From Chrysomallon squamiferum (Eukaryota; Animalia; Mollusca): a DNA stretch of 64,000 nt. The translations under genes were made by a program, and so were the position numbers. The stretch lies in assembly GCA_012295275.1 (NCBI GenBank), contig CM022667.1, forward strand, positions 7,068,001-7,132,000, read 5' to 3'. Of the stretch, positions 61,899 through 64,000 are shown piece after piece. Positions within the stretch are counted from its first letter, which is position 1, and every line of letters begins with the position of its first letter. A model generated the notes under the pieces. The model did no database searches, was not told the DNA's origin, and was given only the letters and a program-made list of their open reading frames with translations.

Positions 61899-63236
61899 TG
61901 TTTAAAACGAACAGAAAGAAGAAATAAATAAATATAGGAAATGGTAGAAAAAATTTAATATTCTACTTTTTGTAATTGAAAAATAATTGATTTCTTGACA
62001 TGTTTTAACATTTATTTTTTATAAAGGCAAACTTCTAAACTACTACACGATTTTAGAAATATTATTTAATGTTTTGTTTTTTCTTTCATTAACTTGTTGT
62101 GCACTGTTTGAACTGTCAGCACTTAATCTAACATTTTCTATTCAAATCAGAGCTTGATGTTTATATCTCAAATTATCTTAATATTTATATAATCATTCTA
62201 ATACTTGTATGTATATTTTGATATTTATATATGTATTCAAATATTTATATATGTATTTTAATATTTATATATGTATTCTAATATTTATATATGTATTCAA
62301 ATATTTATATATGTATTTTAATGTTTATATCAGTTAGTGTGAGGCCAGTTAATGAAATCTAGGATTATGGTAAAATGCACATGTTTTCATTCACCAAGTC
62401 ATGCGCTGACATTACACACAAACATTTTCATTCACCAATTATCTTCAGACACAGAAGCATTTAACTTCTGTTTATTATCCATTAAAATATCATTTACCAT
62501 TTTCAGACAATTTGTCATAAAAAGACAAATAATGACCAATATTTATGATAATAATAGTGACAGTTATAATAATAATAATAATGACAGTTATAATAATAAT
62601 AATAATAGTGACAGTTATAATAATAATAATTATAGTGACATGGTGATAATATCAGCTTTCATAATAGTGACATATGATAATAATGACAGCTGTGATATCA
62701 ATAGTGACAGATATGGTAATAGTGACAGTTGCGATAGTAATAATGAGATGTAATAATAGGGACAGATGTGATAATAAAAGTGACATTTAAAATACTAATA
62801 TTGTTCTAGATTATCAAAGTTTTGTTAGTTTAAAAAGAATATTGGTGAATGTATAAACTTTGCTTTCTCTGAAACAGTTTTCTGAGTTTTTTACTTCTCT
62901 AAATTAACCTCAAATATCAATCAGTAACATATCTAGTTAATAATATATTGTACTGAATATTTTAATTTTTATGTAATTGTAATCAAAGTGTTCACACCAC
63001 AGTAAAAGTCTGAGTTTAAAAAATAATAAATAAAAAAATAAATAAAAATAATAATAATAATACTAATGATGGAGTTAAAAATTTAAAAAAGAAAAGAGTC
63101 TCTGGTCCCATCCTGTTAAAAGTTGATAAATATTCACTTATCATTTCAGAATAAAAATGGCGTGAAGTCGAGCAGTCGCGTTACTCAGGACAACGGCAAG
63201 GACAAAGATGGAAGTTCAGCTTGTAGTCTTCAGTAA
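31115..63236 (+). CDS. KIF28P: Kinesin-3 family motor, KIF28P/KLP-6-like; exons 31115-31128, 33274-33312, 33736-33812, 37387-37403, 38904-39051, 39368-39446, 40277-40343, 40563-40749, 41304-41453, 41834-41931, 42140-42255 (lesion, see findings), 42625-42775, 42883-42961, 43259-43359, 43883-44088, 44249-44394, 45376-45519, 45772-45925, 51828-51915, 52002-52295, 52681-52950, 53758-53928, 54040-54168, optional tail exons, 63150-63236
   Basis: [19 protein letters not shown]; [12 protein letters not shown]; P-loop GQTGSGKS; switch I SSRAH; switch II DLAGSER; [19 protein letters not shown]; [15 protein letters not shown]; [13 protein letters not shown] plus FHA; [32 protein letters not shown] and DDPFWEP as in KIF28P/KLP-6. 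Junction phases are consistent. Confidence 0.88.
31676..32065. repeat. Minisatellite, 45-bp unit (ACTTCAG[C/T]ATGTCAGATAT[T/C]TAACAACTGAAATAAGTATAATAT[G/T]), ~9 copies
   Basis: Visible tandem array in kinesin intron 1. Confidence 0.9.
33274..33312 (+). CDS. KIF28P: Kinesin exon 2
   Basis: encodes [12 protein letters not shown]. Confidence 0.88.
33736..33812 (+). CDS. KIF28P: Kinesin exon 3
   Basis: encodes [25 protein letters not shown]. Confidence 0.85.
37387..37403 (+). CDS. KIF28P: Kinesin 17-nt microexon (N-E-E-P-K-K)
   Basis: Polypyrimidine tract + cag|ATGAAGAACCAAAAAAG|gtaagt; bridges phase 1 (33812) to phase 0 (38904), giving [12 protein letters not shown]. Confidence 0.82.
38058..38692. 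repeat. Degenerate (GT)n-rich low-complexity tract
   Basis: Source of HT-rich spurious ORFs. Confidence 0.88.
38904..39051 (+). CDS. KIF28P: Kinesin motor exon
   Basis: encodes [12 protein letters not shown]...[15 protein letters not shown]. Confidence 0.9.
39368..39446 (+). CDS. KIF28P: Kinesin P-loop exon
   Basis: encodes [26 protein letters not shown]. Confidence 0.92.
39488..39918. repeat. Minisatellite, 39-bp unit (CACTTAGTGATCAGTCACTACTTGACTTTACATACCATT), ~11 copies
   Basis: Starts ~40 nt after donor 39446. Confidence 0.92.
40563..40749 (+). CDS. KIF28P: Kinesin motor exon
   Basis: encodes [20 protein letters not shown]...IEKRTEQ. Confidence 0.92.
41304..41453 (+). CDS. KIF28P: Kinesin switch I exon
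   Basis: encodes [16 protein letters not shown]...NLVDLA. Confidence 0.92.
42204..42410. repeat. Minisatellite, ~41-bp unit (GAGGTAACAG|GTGAGTTACAAGCTGTTACAGAACGCTTTGG), ~5 copies, made of exon end plus donor
   Basis: Unit contains the coding sequence [10 protein letters not shown] and the donor. Confidence 0.9.
42625..42775 (+). CDS. KIF28P: Kinesin motor end/neck exon
   Basis: encodes [40 protein letters not shown]. Confidence 0.92.
43883..44088 (+). CDS. KIF28P: Kinesin exon, start of FHA region
   Basis: encodes [21 protein letters not shown]...VGRKDA...ICLSGL. Confidence 0.88.
44249..44394 (+). CDS. KIF28P: Kinesin FHA exon
   Basis: encodes IQKQHC...KTKVNG...LTNKDRVLF. Confidence 0.88.
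44378..45310. repeat. Minisatellite, 49-51-bp unit (AGACAGAGTGCTTTTTG|GTTAGTATGTTAGTTTTTACATGTATGTGTAG), ~18 copies, made of exon end plus donor
   Basis: Makes up almost the entire intron 44395-45375. Confidence 0.93.
45772..45925 (+). CDS. KIF28P: Kinesin stalk exon
   Basis: encodes [35 protein letters not shown]. Confidence 0.88.
45914..46100. repeat. Minisatellite, 50/57-bp unit containing GAAAAACACCAG|GTTTG, 4 donor copies
   Basis: Donor copies after 45925, 45975, 46032 and 46082. Confidence 0.85.
48851..49575. repeat. Minisatellite, 56-bp unit (ATGGTACATATTACATCTCTGTCTTATAACCCTTGTTATGTATTTATCTGTTTATT)
   Basis: Visible tandem array, degenerate copies to ~49865. Confidence 0.9.
52002..52295 (+). 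CDS. KIF28P: Kinesin stalk exon
   Basis: encodes EMYQKYLDG...[23 protein letters not shown]. Confidence 0.9.
52681..52950 (+). CDS. KIF28P: Kinesin tail exon
   Basis: 270 nt, open, phase 0-0; encodes ...[15 protein letters not shown]...ITFLVYGTQ. Confidence 0.87.
53300..53748. repeat. Minisatellite, 35-bp unit (GACAGTTTTAAGCTGTAGAGGACAGTGTTATGTTT), ~13 copies
   Basis: Ends ~9 nt before acceptor 53757. Confidence 0.9.
53758..53928 (+). CDS. KIF28P: Kinesin tail coiled-coil exon
   Basis: encodes ELRQMDQIG...[19 protein letters not shown]. Confidence 0.8.
54040..54168 (+). CDS. KIF28P: Kinesin tail exon
   Basis: 129 nt, phase 0-0; encodes [43 protein letters not shown]. Confidence 0.75.
54345..54806. 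repeat. Minisatellite, 29-bp unit (GATACAAGGATATTAAAAGTATGAATACT), ~16 copies
   Basis: Ends ~16 nt before candidate acceptor 54822. Confidence 0.9.
56798..56965 (+). CDS. Candidate kinesin tail cassette exon (168 nt); read-through gives an alternative stop at 56990-56992
   Basis: GC-richer open island, cag|GAAGCA...GGT|gtaaga, phase 0-0. Confidence 0.5.
58133..58402. repeat. Minisatellite, 28-30-bp unit (CAGTGTGACATACAACTCATATCAGACTGT), ~9 copies
   Basis: Visible. Confidence 0.9.
59092..59262 (+). CDS. Candidate kinesin tail cassette exon (171 nt)
   Basis: ttcttgtag|CCA...AAT|gtgagt, phase 0-0; encodes [30 protein letters not shown]...RVRNVAN. Confidence 0.6.
59629..60400. repeat. Minisatellite, ~24-bp unit (TCTAGAATTGTTGTCTTGTTT[GAT/ATA]), ~30 copies
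   Basis: Visible; source of spurious ORFs 59575-60450. Confidence 0.92.
63150..63236 (+). CDS. KIF28P: Kinesin terminal exon ending in CaaX (CSLQ*)
   Basis: tttcag|AAT...; encodes [31 protein letters not shown]; AATAAA downstream at 63523 and 63913. Confidence 0.7.
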   Translation, partial: NKNGVKSSSRVTQDNGKDKDGSSACSLQ

Positions 63237-64000
63237 AAATCTTTCTGGTTTTGTTCAGTTTTGTGAAGTACATTTTTATTGAATTTGGATGATTTTATTT
63301 CACACATTAATGTCCAAACAACAAAATGAAACAAGTATGGTGGGAATATTTTCAAGAAGCGTTCGTTACTGGAATACTTAATAATAAATACTGTTGTTAA
63401 TTTAAGAATTTTATACAGGAAATGATAATTAAGAAATGTTATTTTTAAGAGTTGATAATTTAAATGTGTTTGCACGCTGTGGCCTTCAGTAGTTGGTTGT
63501 CATGAGAAACCGTTTCACTGTAAATAAAATCAAAATTGTGTTTGTTTTGGTATCACACCAGTGTTTTGAAATCTCTAATTACAGAGATTTTCTTTTTTAA
63601 TACCAATATTTTATTTATTTATTTTTATTTTATTTTATTTTTTGACATTTTAACAAAGAAAAGAATTTCATGATAAAAGAATATGATTATTACCTTTCTA
63701 AAATATGTAATTAGAAATGATTACTTTAAATAAATTTTATTAAAAATAATAAAACAAAATATAATAAACACATACATACTCACACTCTAAACATAAAACC
63801 AACTTTAATGCTAACAGCAAACTCAGATTTAACACAGAAATTATAATTTGCGATGTTTAACAAGTTTAAACACATGAAAAGAAGTAAGAAATCTAACATA
63901 ATGCTTTATTTGAATAAAATATTTACTGTCTTCTTTTTACTTGTCAACTGCTGTATAAAACTGCTGTGTTTAATCTGCTGATGAAAATGTTTAAATACCA

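Overview
AT-rich, microsatellite- and minisatellite-dense eukaryotic genomic DNA. It is probably an invertebrate; a mollusc or other lophotrochozoan is my inference from composition and gene content. It carries four spliced protein-coding genes, all on the + strand, which I reconstructed by hand from GT-AG boundaries and phase matching: (1) the last three exons of fatty acid 2-hydroxylase (FA2H), (2) a complete ABHD4/ABHD5-family alpha/beta hydrolase, (3) a complete secreted inter-alpha-trypsin inhibitor heavy chain (VIT+vWA)-like gene, and (4) a complete KIF28P/KLP-6-like kinesin-3. Most ORFs in the supplied track are low-complexity artefacts. The most notable observations are: minisatellites repeatedly anchored at exon/intron junctions, several amplifying the splice donor itself; an apparent lesion in the kinesin motor domain at one such repeat; a C-terminal CaaX box on the kinesin; candidate in-frame microexons and duplicated tail cassette exons; clustered RFX X-box-like motifs; and an intragenic duplication whose gene-body copy has selectively lost CpGs.
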